NCBI GenBank assembly: GCA_051362555.1 | Contig: CM120640.1 | Location: forward strand, 57,266,788-57,330,787 | Origin: Lingula anatina | Taxonomy: Eukaryota > Animalia > Brachiopoda | Reading direction: 5' to 3' | Length of the DNA: 64,000 bases | Shown: piece by piece, positions 1 to 15,000 of the stretch | Position numbering within the stretch: the first letter of the stretch is position 1 | How the letters are laid out: each line of letters begins with the position of its first letter | The notes under the pieces: model-generated | Told to the model about the DNA's origin: nothing | Databases searched by the model: none | The model's input: the letters and a program-made list of their open reading frames with translations, nothing else | Position numbers and translations under genes: made by a program

Positions 1-66
1 AAATATTCATGTATTTCATGAATATTTGAAATGTGTGATGTCAAAGAGCCCTGCTATTTCACCTAC

Positions 67-3000
67 CACATGCTGCACATGTTGGTCCTGACTAACAAAA
101 TATCTGTGATTATCTACATAATCAGGTTTGGCCATGAGGACCCGTGCTAGACCCTGAAACCACTGGATACTCATGTTCTTGAAGGCTATCAACCTGCTGT
201 CAATGTCCCCCAAGGGTACTTTGTGGACCACCTCCAAGAGCTCCATGAACTCCGCGAAACTTAGCTTCATCATCAGTTGCTGGAATATTAGTGTTCAATA
301 TAAAGTAATTAAAAAGGTTTATATTATGGTTAATCATTTGACATGAAATCTGACAGCTGAAGTATGGGAAAGAACAGTTTTAAACCAAGCAAAACAATGC
401 ACAGATTAGGTATTCAATACAGAAAAGTCAATCAATGTCGTTCATATTCCTGAACACTGACAGATGACCAGAAACCATTTATATGTGTGCATGCTAGTTT
501 TGCTGTTGCACAATTTAGTAAGAACTCATTGACAATAAATCAAAGAAGTCATCATTGCGCATGTTGATGGTAAAATAACCAGTGGCATCTGTAATTGCCC
601 AATTTAATTTTTTGGAGTTTTAACTTAATATATAATATCAATGAACATATGATATCAAAAATATCTTCAACATATTAATGAAATTTGAACAGTGTCCTCA
701 CCCTGTCTCCTCGGCTCTCCTCAGTGTCACTCCTCCCCTTGCGCTTATCATCCTCCCTGACATCACTGACCAGGAGTCTGTTCCACAGGATGTCTCGACG
801 GCACTGAATTTTAGCATTGTCCACCATCTGGGATATACGCTCTCTGGAAATGAAAATAGAATTTTCTTTATCTCCAAACTTGGGTTGGGAAAAATTATTT
901 CTTAATTTGAAATTTTAAACAGATATAAAACGATAACAGTCTTTTGTAAAATATCTTTTAAGAACTTTTAGGGAGTTATCAACTTTCTGAAGCAAAAATG
1001 ATCTAAAATATACATATAAAAAAACCTTAAAACAGCTAATCAGCACATGTAACACTTTCAGCTAATCCTTTCTACCTGGCAGCCTCCTGTTCTTTCTCCA
1101 ACAGAGCATACATTGGCGTCTGGTGATTGGCTGTAAAACCCAGGTAATTGACACTGGTCACCTCCTTAGAAAACCTGGACAGCTCAGTTTCTGGACGCAC
1201 ATTGATGTGCTGGCTGACCGGCAGTGGGGGGATGTCAGTCGGTGTCACAGAGTACACAGTTGTCTCAGGGACACTACCACTGACAGACCCTGTTAATATA
1301 TTTTCAGCACATAATTACTGCTACCTTCTTTGTCAAAATAAACTTCACAAAACGTGTTATATTCCTAGTGTTTATAATATTAAACATACTTGAATTTTCA
1401 TATGCAGGTGTATGAAATAAGAAACTTGTTATATTCAACCACAGAGGCCAATAAACTTAATGGAAAGAAAAGATAATATAAATGCACAGTACTTGTATTT
1501 GTGATAATCTAAAAAGAACTTACCTATAGACTGTCTCTGTGTACTGGATGTTAACCTGGTCATCCCAAGCCACTTCTCCAACATAAGGATTGGATACAAG
1601 TCCCTCTTACTGGTTAAGATCACATAGTATTTCAGAGAAATGGTGTCCTGCTTGTCTTTCTCACTGTATCTCACAGGTGCATCATGAGTAATAACAAGTC
1701 CAATGTTGAAATCACTGGACTTCTGTTTTGTGTCATCCTGAACATCCAGTGCGGCTCGTCTCGTAAAGTGAGAGACAAGGGCATACTGGTTACGGAGAGG
1801 AAACTGGGCCTCCTGTTGGATAGCAATGAAAATCTATTATGAAAATATATTTACAAAATTTGGAATATATATTTACAAGAATAAAAACAAAATCTTTTAA
1901 GATTAAAATATTAAAATAGCTTAATGTTGTGCGATACTACACAACTGCCATTGCAAGAGTACAATTAGATGGATGAAACTGTGCTTGAATGAAGGAACTA
2001 TTCTGCAGTTTTTTTTAACTCTATAAAATTTAAACAAATACAAGTAGAAAGTAATTTATGTACAATTGAACTGAACACATTCAGCTCTGAGGGAATGCTT
2101 CTTACACACAGGCCTTGGTACATACCAAGTCATCAGTGCCAGGGGAAGGCTTCATCTTGACAGACTTCATCTTGTACATCTTGTCATGGTTCAGTATGTA
2201 ATCATAAAGGTGGGTGTTGGGGCTGTTGGTGTCTCTGGTTTCATGGACACCTAAAATGTATATTATCTTAAACGTATTACTGAAAATATTAAAAATTTAA
2301 AATCAATTATACTGTACGTATGTTTTTGCACTTCACATATTCTTAAAATGAATAATTTATCAGTGACGCAGTGACACCAGAACGATTTCTCTACACAGCT
2401 GCTTGCATTTACAAAGGTCAACAAATGTTATGGTAGTATTTGTCTTTATATTTTAACATTTGTTTCTAATTATTTGCTTTTTTGTCTGAAGTGTAAAAGA
2501 GCAGCTTGTAAAAACAATATGTCAGTTATATTTTGTACCTTCATATACACAGTTCCTTGAGAAGGATGGAGGGTTGGGATAACATTTGATAAAGTCAGCC
2601 AGAAAGTTGGCCAAGTGGTAACCATCATGTAACATAGGCCTTCCTTCTATGTACCGCTGTACACAACGAAGATGGAAGTCATAGGCAAATGAATGGACAT
2701 GAGACAGGTCCTTCATTTTGTCACATTCATCTAAGAAGTGCATAGTAAGCTGAAAGAAAAACAACCCCTATGTTTAAATAGGTCTTAATTGTCCAATTTT
2801 AGGAAATTAAAATTCATATTACTATTAATAATTATCCAATCACATGTTATTAGCTAGATCTTATACTCTTTCAAATTCTTTTTTAAAATAGTATGCCACA
2901 ATTCAGTCCAGAAAAACAGAAATAATATTCATGAAAATAATATTTTTTCATTTCCAAAGTAAAATAAATATGTTATAGCCACTGGTGAGATGTTCCCATG

Positions 3001-6000
3001 TTAACACCTGCCAAATGCACATCCCATACCGATCTCATGGGACTTTCATAAATTCACAGCAGTTGTACTATCATAATACCTGGGAATTCACATTCTGACC
3101 AAGAGGGAGCTTACTGCACTCAAAGGCAAATAATTTGATGCAGAAAAAGATGTCTTTAAAGCTCAGCTCCATCAGCATGATACCACCTGGAAGTGTCTTC
3201 TGCACCACATGTACCATGCTGACTTGACTGCTGGGAGGGCGCACTTCTCCCTTCCCCTTCATCCTGAAATATAACTCCTGGGTTCACTTTTAGGATTCAT
3301 TGTCATGAACATGTATAGTAAAAAGACCTGACAATGAATCAACTAATACCCGCTGCCCAAAAATGCATTTTAGATTGCTAAAGTCATAATCACTGAAAAT
3401 AGCCATCCAAACACTTATAATGTATATTTAATTACAGAGATATAATCTTAGGATTTCATCACAAAAATGCTTTATCATCTTCATAAAAAGGAATGTATAT
3501 ATAAACATTCCAATTCTAATAAAAATGATTTTATACTAATATTATTGGCCAAATACAAAAGTAAAGTGCTGTTTTATCCTTTGTAGAATCCACCAACCTA
3601 TGTTTGGGAGAAGCAGTGACTTGGACAGGCATAAAGCCCAGCTGCTGGAGGTACTGCATATATAGCTGAATGAAGTGAGTTCTCAAGTCCACATGCCACA
3701 TTTCCTCTTCTTCTTGACTGGGATTCCTGAGACGTGGAGATTCATGACTTGGTGCCTGACTCAACTGGGATGCTGTAGAGGTATGGCGTATCTTTCCTTG
3801 CTGGCTGTCTGATCGCTTGCTTTTGACACTGGTTCCAGAGTTTTGTCTAGAACGCTGAAGCAGATAAAGAAATGTACAACATTTAATATTTAATAAAAAT
3901 AGGAATATACACAACATTTGACATGAAACAATGTCTTGATATTCTCAATAATGCACTGCATTAGAAATGATGTTCATTTACATATTTAAAAAAAATTAAA
4001 AAGCAATTTTACATTATCAGTCACTGCAAAAGAAAAATAACTTGAATTGCAAGTTTTGAACATTCTTAACATGGACTATCTATTACATACATTAAGTTAC
4101 TATCCTTACATACACTGTCTTGCTGACTAACACTTAAATCCACTGACGGTCTATTAGCATTTTACTGGCATTTAAACATAAGATCCTAAACTTACAGAGT
4201 TCTCCTCATGAGGGGTAGACGTGGTCGACTCTCCTTTTTGAGGACAGGTGGATTCTATGACAGTCTTCCTCCGCAATGGACTAAACAGCAGTGGTGTTGT
4301 CACATTGTGGACAAGGTGAGAGTTTTGTTTTAATAATCTCAACATATCCTCCTATAATACCAAAGAAATATTTATTAACATGAAATCAAACATTATTTAA
4401 TCAAACCAAACTAACCCTTTAAAGGGAAATTTTATTCTATGTTCCATCAAATATTCTAGAAACCAATAAATCTTCCAGGCTTTTTTATTGCAAAAATTCA
4501 CTTTTAACTTTCTAAAAAGGTAATTAATGTAAAAAAATTCCCTTGTCCAAAAATTTTACACTTGTGTTACTCTAATCAATTCCTCAGTGTGAATACTACT
4601 ACCTACGCTGAATTATTTTGTTGTATAAGCATGTGCCCCAGCCCCCATCATGGTTCATGTTTTTTTTTGCCCTAGCTCTTTATAATTTTTTAATAATAAT
4701 AATAATAATAAAACACTTCTTTAAAACTGCGCTACACATGCGTCTCAGCGCTGTTTACATAAAAAATAAAAACTCCACAGATAAATTAAAGCCAGTATAG
4801 ACTAAAAACAGAATACTTAAAAATTTTAAAAACTAAAAAGATGCTATAAATTAAAGTATTCTTTAAATAAAAAAGTTTTTAAATTCTTCTTAAAACAGTA
4901 ATATGAGTCATCCAGAGACACATTAGATCTTGTGATAAAATTAGACCATAAAATCGGTGCACAAATCTCGAAACTTCTGTGTCCATATGTTTTAAGAGTC
5001 TTTTTGGTGTCTTTTCGCTTAAGTTGAAGTTGTCCACTAGATCGAAGTGATCTGATAGGAGTTAAATGTTCTATGGTAGAATTTAAGTAAAATGGACAGT
5101 CGCCCTTTAAAATCTTAAAAGTCAAAAGTAATATTTTAAAAACTATTCGTTGAGACACGGGTAGCCAGTGGAGGTTTCGCAGAATTGGTGTGATGTGGTC
5201 GGACTTCTGAGTTTTACAGAGGAGACGAGCAGCAGAGTTCTGAATTGATTGTAGCTTTTCCATTTGATAGTTAGGTATTCCAAACAATAGGCTATTGCAA
5301 TAATCCAGTCTAGAGGTTACAAATGCATGGATGAGTAATTCAGTTTGCTTGGTGTTAATAAGGTGAAAGATCTTGGATATCCGTTGGAGACTAAAATATA
5401 CTGTTTTACATACTTTGTTAATGTGTGATGTCATTTCACATTTGTTATTAAAAATAACACCCAAGTTCCTTACTTCTGTTGTTGGTTTTATAAAAGAATC
5501 CCCAACTCTAATACTATCAAGTGCAGTATTGTCTTTGGAAAAACTTAGAGTTGAAATGGACTAATTCAGTTTTTTCATCATTAAAAACTAAGTAGTTGGA
5601 CTTGAGCCAAGATCTAAGTTCATTCACACAAGCCTCAATAGTTGCTTTTTCATCACAAGGATTTTCACATATAACATATATCTGGGAATCATCTGCATAC
5701 AACATCAAATTGAAACCCAACTGGTGGACTCCTTGGTATTCCCTTTAAAATAATCATGTTTTACATCCCTCCTTCCTATTTTATGATCTGATTGTTCTGT
5801 GCCATATGGTAAGTGCCAAAAAAACATAAAACTTGATAAAGGGGGGGGGGGGGGGGGGGTAGCAGTCCATAATACAGCACCATCTTGCTGACCAAGGATC
5901 CACCTAGTGGTCAACAAATGGACTAGTAATTGCACTGAGGATAGCTTTAGAACAACATCAAAGTCATACATTTTTGGCAAGTTCATTTTCTACATTACAT

Positions 6001-9000
6001 CAAATTACTTTTGGACAATTTTGGATGATAAGATACTTTCACTGTAAAAACATCAATCACACATCCAGATGAAGCTATTCTTGAATCTGCTTATTTACTT
6101 ACAGCAATGGCAGCATTTGACTGCCTCTGTTGCCACTGGGCATATATAGTCTCCAGCCTGACCTTCTTTTCTGATTCCCTTCTTGTGATCTCCCTGACCT
6201 CCCGTAGCTGGTACCCATGTCTCATCACAGGATCCCTAAAACTGCCAAACGGAGACCTGTGTAGAGGATGAGGGGGAAATGTGTCACGGAACAGTTCATC
6301 CACTGCTGGCAGGGCTGGATGAACCTCAGGGCGAAGATGCATGGAGACAGATTGAGAGCGCTGCCGCTGCAAGTCTGGCTTGGAAGGAGGGTTCTGATGT
6401 TTGAGTAGAAGGTCCACATCTGCTGACTGGATGTATGGATTGGCATCCTAGTCAAGAGTAAAATGTTTGACAATATGGAGGATTTATTCTAAATATCTTT
6501 CTCCTTTATTTCTAAATATCTTGACTATATGCAGTATGTTCTTTTTGTACTTTTAAACATCCCAAAAATACCTTTAGAATAGAAAAAATGCAGAGTTTTA
6601 ATTGCCACAATACAAATTGAATTTGATAATATTAATTGAAATAAGTATTTGTGAAAAAAGTTGAACATGTGATGTGTTATCAAATATGACTTTACCTTTC
6701 CCCTGACTGCAGCTAATTCTGTAAATGGGTAATGTTGGAACAAGCCAGCCTTCTGGCTGAGAATACTGGATAACAGGTGTGTCCTAGCATTGTGCCACTG
6801 AATTAGTCGTGTAAACTGTCGGTCAAGGGTACTGACCACATCTGCTGCCGAGTTGTATGTGTATAGCTCCATCTGGAATAATGTGTTATAGTAAGCTGAT
6901 AAAAGCCTTCAAGATATACATACACCAATAAATAGAAATGTTTGACTTAAGGGATAAACCTTTCACTATCAGCAACAGTTTAAACCACCTGAGATGACTC
7001 ATCTTTTCTAGTCCTTTTATTACTGTATAGCTTTTTCTTCTATTATTGAATTTGTCACAAGTAATTTACATTACATAATCATGCTTACTGATATATCTTT
7101 CACACTCAATATGAGAAACCTCTGCCTGGGTACAAAAACCTTTTCCTCTACACCAGATGGTGCTGCAGCAGTGGCGAGTCCACTGCTATTTCCCAGATCA
7201 CTGGTTTTTTCTGGAGCTGCCTCACTATCCAGGGAACAGAACTTCTGATAGTTCTTCTTCACTAGAGAATTTAAATAAGCTTTGTGTGCATATAAAGACT
7301 AATAATGCAACATACCAAAATTTACAGACTTGACAGGTTATTGTGATCAATTCTGTGATTTTTTTGCATCCATTTATATTTGCACTAATGACATCTTTCA
7401 TTGTAAAATGTCAGTTTTCAGATATGATAATCACAAATGTAATTTTCATGATTAATTCTTTCAGTTAAAAGTAGCTACCTTTCCCACTGAGAGTTGCAGA
7501 CTGCTGGTCATTTGAGTCTTCTTCCTCATATCGCTCAATACAATGTTTCCATTGGTCAAAATTTCTACCAATCACAATGTAATGATTTGGTTTACCTGGG
7601 GTTCCCACACAGGCAAATTGAGCCATATCAAGTGAGGACTCTTTTGAACTCTCTGTACTCTAGAAAAGCAAAAAAATCAATTCAATGAATGGCACAAAAC
7701 ATAAAAAATCACAGACATAATACCCAACAAGCTGCTTTAGAATTGCATTTACTTAAAGGACAAGTTAATACTCAATGTCTCATAAAATGGGTATTTTGTT
7801 TTTAAGAATGAACAACATTCTGACGAATTCATACTTACCTAACTAATACCTAAATACATAAACAGCCACATTATAAATTTATACAATGATACTTTCACCT
7901 CTTAAAGCTTATGAAAAACAAGGCAGCAAAGCTGTCAAATGTACAGACAAAAAGCAGGAAATAACTATGCACAAAATAGGCTACTGTCAATTCTGATGCA
8001 AAAGTACATTATGTTAAACTGCAAATTCAACATCAAATTTTAATTATGCTCAACAGGTAATACCAATGTAAGTAAAACGTGTAACAAGCATAAGGCTTCA
8101 GGCCCATGGGAGTTCAAGTTCACACTTTGAAAATGTATAACTTCCAGAAAAAGAAGCCAATTAGACTACTTTTCCAACCCAGGCTGCATTTTAGTCCTGC
8201 ATTTCTTTTTTGAACATTTGGCAATCATAAGTAACATGGTTTTCCCATAATGGTCATCATGGCAGCAGCACCCATAATTGTTTTCTTCTATTCTGATGCA
8301 ATATTACATATTGGTTAACAGCATAATGACCGTCAATTTTTAATAATAAAATATACGTATCATGGATTTTCAGAAAATGTGACTAGCATGGGTCTTCAAG
8401 CATGTAGAACTTCAAAGTCACACCTTGAAAATGCCAATATGTGAAATATGCTGAAAAGTGAAAAAAAAGCATAACTTCTACAATAATGGCCCGATCATGC
8501 TGGTTTTCAAACTTGACCTGCGTTTTATGAATATTCATCAGCTCTGTAAATATAAAGCCCAAAAGTAAAACTGCCTTCCACTTATCGTGTTTACAATGAA
8601 AGTGCAAGGTGCCGGTGACGGCGGTGACGGCGGTGATGGCGAAGACAGACGCAGGTGATGGCAATATGTACAGACACATTTTTGACACATCTGTACATAT
8701 TTACTGTACTGTTTGAGAACAGTAAGTGACATGGTTTTTCTTAAATGGTCATCATGGGAGCAGTGCCCAAAGTAGGTTTTTTTCAAATTTTGATGCAATA
8801 TTACATAATGTCTAACAGCATAATGACCATCAATTTTTAATAATAAAATATTAGTATCATGGATATTCAGAAAATGTGACTAGCAAAGGTCTTCAGGCCC
8901 ATGGAACTTCAAAGTCACAACTTGAAAATGCCAAAACGTAAACAAGACAGCACTGTTCTGAAATGTTTTTTTTTTCCATTTTTAACAATTTTTAACATAA

Positions 9001-12000
9001 AACAAAATTAACAGCTTACTGCCATTTTTATATGATCAACTAATAAAATTGATGAGATGGGAAAAATATCAATAGAGCAGTGTTAAATGTCCAATTTCTT
9101 CCATTCTGAGATTCTGAACATAGTGAATGATTGAATCTGACAAACTGCAATGATATGAGTTTATTTCCACTTTTGAAACTTTATTACACAATACACGATA
9201 ACAAATTAACCATCATTTTTACAAAATCAACTAACAATGTTATAAAGATGCAGGAAATGTCAAACAAACACTTTTAATATCTTATTAATTAAATAATGAA
9301 ACTGTTAACATGCCTAAGAATTGAATCTGAGGAAATGTGTAAAAACAACATAACTTCTAAAATAATGGCCCGATTATGCTGATTTTTTAACTCAACCTGC
9401 ATTTTAGCAGGAATGACCACTCCTGTGAGTTTAATGACAATTGGCCTATCTGTTTTTCGTATATTGTGTTTACAGTGTTGCATATATGCTGAAAAGTGAA
9501 AAAAAAAAGCATAACTACTAAAATAGTAACCTGATCATGCTGACTTTCGAACTTGACCTGCGTTTTAGTAAGATAGATTACTCCTGTGAGTTTCATGACA
9601 ACAGGCCTATCGCTTTTCCTTGGAATGTGTTTACAGTGTTGCATATATGCTGAAAAGTGAAAAAAAAGCATAACTTCTACAATAATGGCCCGATCATGCT
9701 GATTTTCGAACTTGACCTGCGTTTTATGAATATTCATCAGCTCTGTAAATATAAAGCCAAAAAGTAAAACTGCCTTCCACTTATCGTGTTAACAATGAAA
9801 GTGCACGGCGCCGGCGCCGGCGATGACGGCGGCGACAGATGCAGGTGATGGCATTATGTACAGACACATCTATATATATATTTACTGTACTGTTTGAGAA
9901 CAGTAAGTGACATGGTTTTTCTTAAATGGTCATCATGGGAGCAGTGCCCAAAATAGGTTTTTTTTCAAATTTTGATGCAATATTACATAATGTTTAACAG
10001 CATAATGACCATCAATTTTTAATAATAAAATATTAGTATCATGGATATTCAGAAAATGTGACTAGCAAAGGTCTTCAGGCCCATGGAACTTCAAAGTCAC
10101 AACTTGAAAATGCCAAAATGTAAATAAGACAGCACTGTTCTGAAATGTTTTTTTTCCCCATTTTTAACAATTTTTAACATAAAACAAAATTAACAGTTTA
10201 CTGCCATTTTTATATGATCAACTTAGAAAATTGATGAGATGGGAAAAATATCAATAAAGCAGTGTTAAATGTCCAATTTCTTCCATTCTGAGATTCTGAA
10301 CATAGTGAATGATTGAATCTGACAAACTGCAATGATATGAGTTTATTTCCATTTTTGAAACTTGATTACACAATACACGATAACAAGTTTGCCATCATTT
10401 TTACAAAATCAACTAACAATGTTGTAAAGATGCAGGAAATGTCAAACAAAAACTTTTACGTATCTTATTAGTTTAATAATGAGACTGTTAACATGCCTAA
10501 GAATTGAATCTGAGGAAATGTGAAAAATATGCTGAAAAGTGAAAAAACAGCATAACTTCTACAATAATGGCCCGATCATGCTGATTTTCGAACTTGACCT
10601 GCGTTTTATGAATATTCACCAGCTCTGTAAATATAAAGCCAAAAAGTAAAACTGCCCTCCACTTATCGTGTTTACAAGGAAAGTGCACGGCGACGGCATC
10701 GGCATCGGCATTGGCATCGCCATCGGCATCGGCATCGGCGACGACAGACGCAGGTGATGGCAATATGTACAGACACATCTGTGTCTGTACATAAAAATTT
10801 GAGAAGATGGTTAACACTGAATAATTCACAACTGACAAAATAAATTTTCAATCAATCTACAGCGTCTTTTAAATTAACTACAAATTTAATGTAAATCTGG
10901 GAATATAGCACTAACAGGAAGATGGACCCTTCATGAAAGCGTAGATATAAGGTATATTTTGAACTTTAAGTCTGCACTATATAAACAATGCTTAACCTAA
11001 AAATGTCAAGTTTTGCACTCAGCTGTGAGATATTTTCCAATCTGACGCTGAACTGAAGAAAAAATATGGAGGCTGAAAATCTCAATTTTTGTACACAGCT
11101 GCAAGATCATATATAGAATTTTTATACCAGATTTCAAAACAAACTGTTGAGTAGATTCAGAAATAAAATGCTTAAACTCGATTCAAACCCTAGCAATATG
11201 ATCACATACCATCTTCAAGATCTTGATGAAACTAAAGGTGTGTTGTTACATCATCCAATTGTTCTGATTATAGGAGAATCCAAATTAGATGGACAAAATC
11301 ATGTATAGTTGTATTTTCTAACAATGAATTGTCAGTGGCAAAAAGTATGCTGTTAAATGCTGAATTACATGTTTATTGGAGATGCTTCAACTTACTTGAC
11401 AATGCCAGCAGTTTACACTATGTGTACTGAAAATAACAGCCAAAAGAATGCATACTTTGGTTTTTAGTCCAGATCATGGAAGCCGCTTTCATGAAGAGTG
11501 AGATTGTGGAATATATGTTGCTTTAACTTAACTGTCCTTCAATACCAAACTTGTTGGGGATTTTATTGGTTAATGGTTTAGTATTTACATTGTAGATAGA
11601 TCTGAGGATTAATACCTCAAAAATATTTTAGAAGAAATTATTGGGGATCAGCAACAACATAAAAGGCAACAAATAAGGGTACTTTCTTGGAAAACTTTAA
11701 TATAACAGTATTTGTAGCAGCTGTGCAGCCAAGTTAAATGTGTTATTGTACACAAAAGCATACCTTAATCCTCAAGTCAAATTCTCTCCTTTTCAGCTCT
11801 TATTATTTTATTCTATTTAACTTGACAAAAAATTCAGCTTTACATTGCAGGAAAAATCTTCAAACACGGACAAGTTTATGTTAAAGCCTGGTATGGTAAA
11901 TGCATTAAATTTCTCCATATTAATGAATTCATTCAACTGTGTGAGTCATAGGCAAAATTATGAGAGAATCTCCAGCCAGACAGTTTAATGGCTGCAAAGG

Positions 12001-15000
12001 TGAGGCGATCAGGTTGGGGTTGACTTAGGCAAGACTTAAAAGGGACTGAAAATTTCTCATCCTCCAACTGTTCCTGATGAAATCAGGTTTCTGCATCAGG
12101 TCATCTTCAGAAGTGATTACTAAGTCAGAACTGGAATACTATACTATTTCCCTAAATATGTATTCTTCACAGTGATACATGCAATGACCTTGAATTCATC
12201 AGTTCAGAGTTGGATACACCTGTTGTTTAACTGTTGTGTTTTTGAATATGATTCACCTCATTTATTCTAGGCCAAGCTGAAAGCATGATGTTCCTCAACC
12301 TCCCTCTCCTGACAGTTCTCAACATGTATTGAGCCCTGTTTACTGCTTTCTAGTCAGTAAAAAAAAAAATCCCTGCAGAACTTAACCTTTCAGGAAAAGG
12401 CTAGGCAAAAGAACGTCCAAATAAAAAACATAAGTCTAAGAATGTGAAGTTGCAAAGAAAAGTAAACTACTGGTAGAAAAGCAAGAGTAAGTATTCCATA
12501 ATTTCAAAAGTAGAACAATAAAAAGCACTTTGAACCCACTCCAAGCAACCTGTCATTGTTATCTACTCCTATATTTAAGATGTGAGAGATAGACCAAAGT
12601 GGTTAACTGTCCTTGTCCCCTCCTTGAATACAGTGGCAATACCAACCACACACGATAAACCCCTCTCTAGTGCAGTTCCCATATATCCACTTACCATAGA
12701 AGTTACTCTGGAGGGGTTATATGGATGATACCCCATATCCTCCTCTGTCTGAAGTTTTGATATGTGTTTGAACACTCGCACTGTGATATCTGGTGACAGG
12801 CTGGACACCATGGCCTGAAACTCCTTCAGCACAAATTCCACAGACACACGCAACAAAAGGACACCAGAAAACTTCTGAATGGAGGGAACTCCTAGAAAAT
12901 TTTGTGAACAATACAAATTGTACTATAAATGACCTAAAATTAAAATATACATGTACCAATATGAGACTCTATCTTATTGCTCATATAAAAAGATTTGGCA
13001 AGGTTTCCTGGACATGAAGACTAAAACATGGATCACATTTACAATCTTCCTGATAACCCTTTCTCTGTAGCTATAGACCTCTGCAGAAAAACCAGCTTCG
13101 ATTACCTTTACTGGTGATTCACTTACCATAAACATGACATGAGTCCACATTGAACATTGTTAGTGTCATTTCCACAGACATAAACACTGCTGCTTAATGC
13201 AAATCTACCATTAATAGACAAGGCAGAAAACTATTTTGCAAGTTAATATCAGATTTTTACCACATCTTACCAAGTTTAGCAGCAAACTCCAGCCAGGACA
13301 GCATTGTGGTGGGATACAGAGGCAACAGGATCCCTCTCTCACCAATCTCATACTTCCAGATCTTTTGCTTCAGTTCTAGCTCATGTTTGTGTTGTGCATC
13401 TGTTTCCAGCTTCTCCTGGCTGTTTGTCTGCTGGTCTAGTTTGCCAGCATCACCACTCTGTAATAGTTTCAGAAAAAGCACCCCTGCTCATCAAAAACAT
13501 AAACGTAAAATAATGATTCTTTATGATCATCATCATTTGGCTAGAAAAATAATTCCCAACCCCAAATACTTGTTCCACAACCATTGAATAACTTTCCATG
13601 CATATTTAAATTTTGTAAAATAACTTTCAATATAAACTACAAAATGACTTATTTAGATGTCTAATTAAAAAAATCTTATCTCTAGATCTAATTCAAAATT
13701 GTTAAGAGTTAATTTTGAATATATATATAAGTACATGGCTGCATACAGTGAAGAGAAGGAAGAACAAATGGTATAACTGAATGTCCTAGATATGCATAAC
13801 ATAAGGTGAATTGTCTATAGTACATCACACTTCAATTGTATTCATATATTATGATATTCAATCAACACATTGATAACTGTCAATTTTGGATAGATTAACA
13901 TACCCTGCTAGGAGACATAAAGGATAATCTTCCTTTGGAGAATAAGTCCAAAAATGATGGTGTATTTGACAGGGTCCCCGGAGAAGTCACAGGAATTCCT
14001 TTTCTTGGAGACTCTGAATGCATTTTCCTCAGTGGTGCATGGGGAAGGCTGTTGGCTTCTATAATGAAAACAAGGCAGCAAAGCTGTCAAATGTACAGAC
14101 AAAAAACAGGAAATAACTATGCACAAAATAGGCTACTGTCAATTCTGATGCAAAAGTACATTCCTTAAAATGTGTTAACAGTGTTGCATATATGCTGAAA
14201 AGTGAAAAAAACAGCATAACTTCTACAATAATGGCCCGATCATGCTGATTTTCGAACTTGACCTGCGTTTTATGAATATTCATCAGCTCTGTAAATATTA
14301 TGCCAAAAAGTAAAACTGCCCTCCACTTATCGTGTTTACAATGAAAGTGCACGGTGTCGGCGACAGCGACAGTGACGGCGACGACAGACACAGGTGATGG
14401 CAATATGTACAGACACATCTGTACATATTTACTGTACTGTTTGAGAACAGTAAGTGACATGGTTTCTCTTAAATGGTCATCATGGGAGCAGTGCCCAAAA
14501 TAGGTTTTTTTCAAATTTTGATGCAATAATACATAATGTTTAACAGCATAATGACCATCAATTTTTCATAATTAAATATTAGTATCATGGATATTCAGAA
14601 AATGTGACTAGCAAAGGTCTTCAGGCCCATGGAACTTCAAAGTCACAACTTGAAAATGCCAAAATGTAAACAAGACAGCACTGTTCTGAAATGTTTTTTT
14701 TTTTTTTTCATTTTTAACAATTTTTTTAAACATAAAACAAAATTAACAGGTTACTGCCATTTTTATACGATCAACTGAGAAAATTGATGAGATGGGAAAA
14801 ATATCAATAGAATAGTGTTTAATGTCCAATTTCCTCCATTCTAAGATTCTGAACATAGTGAATGATTGAATCTGACAAACTGCAATGATATGAGTTTATT
14901 TCCATTTTTGACACTTTATTACACAATACACGATAACAAGTTTACCATCATTTTTACATATTCAACTAACAATGTTGTAAAGATGCAGGAAATGTCAAAC

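Noticed and set aside
11815-11925. PIF1/Helitron helicase-like peptide [20 protein letters not shown] next to a HINE
   Set aside because: The following ALSR and preceding KSQG motifs are missing, no other helicase motifs are nearby, and the flanks read as a decayed LINE. Probably chance; a PIF1 HMM search would settle it.
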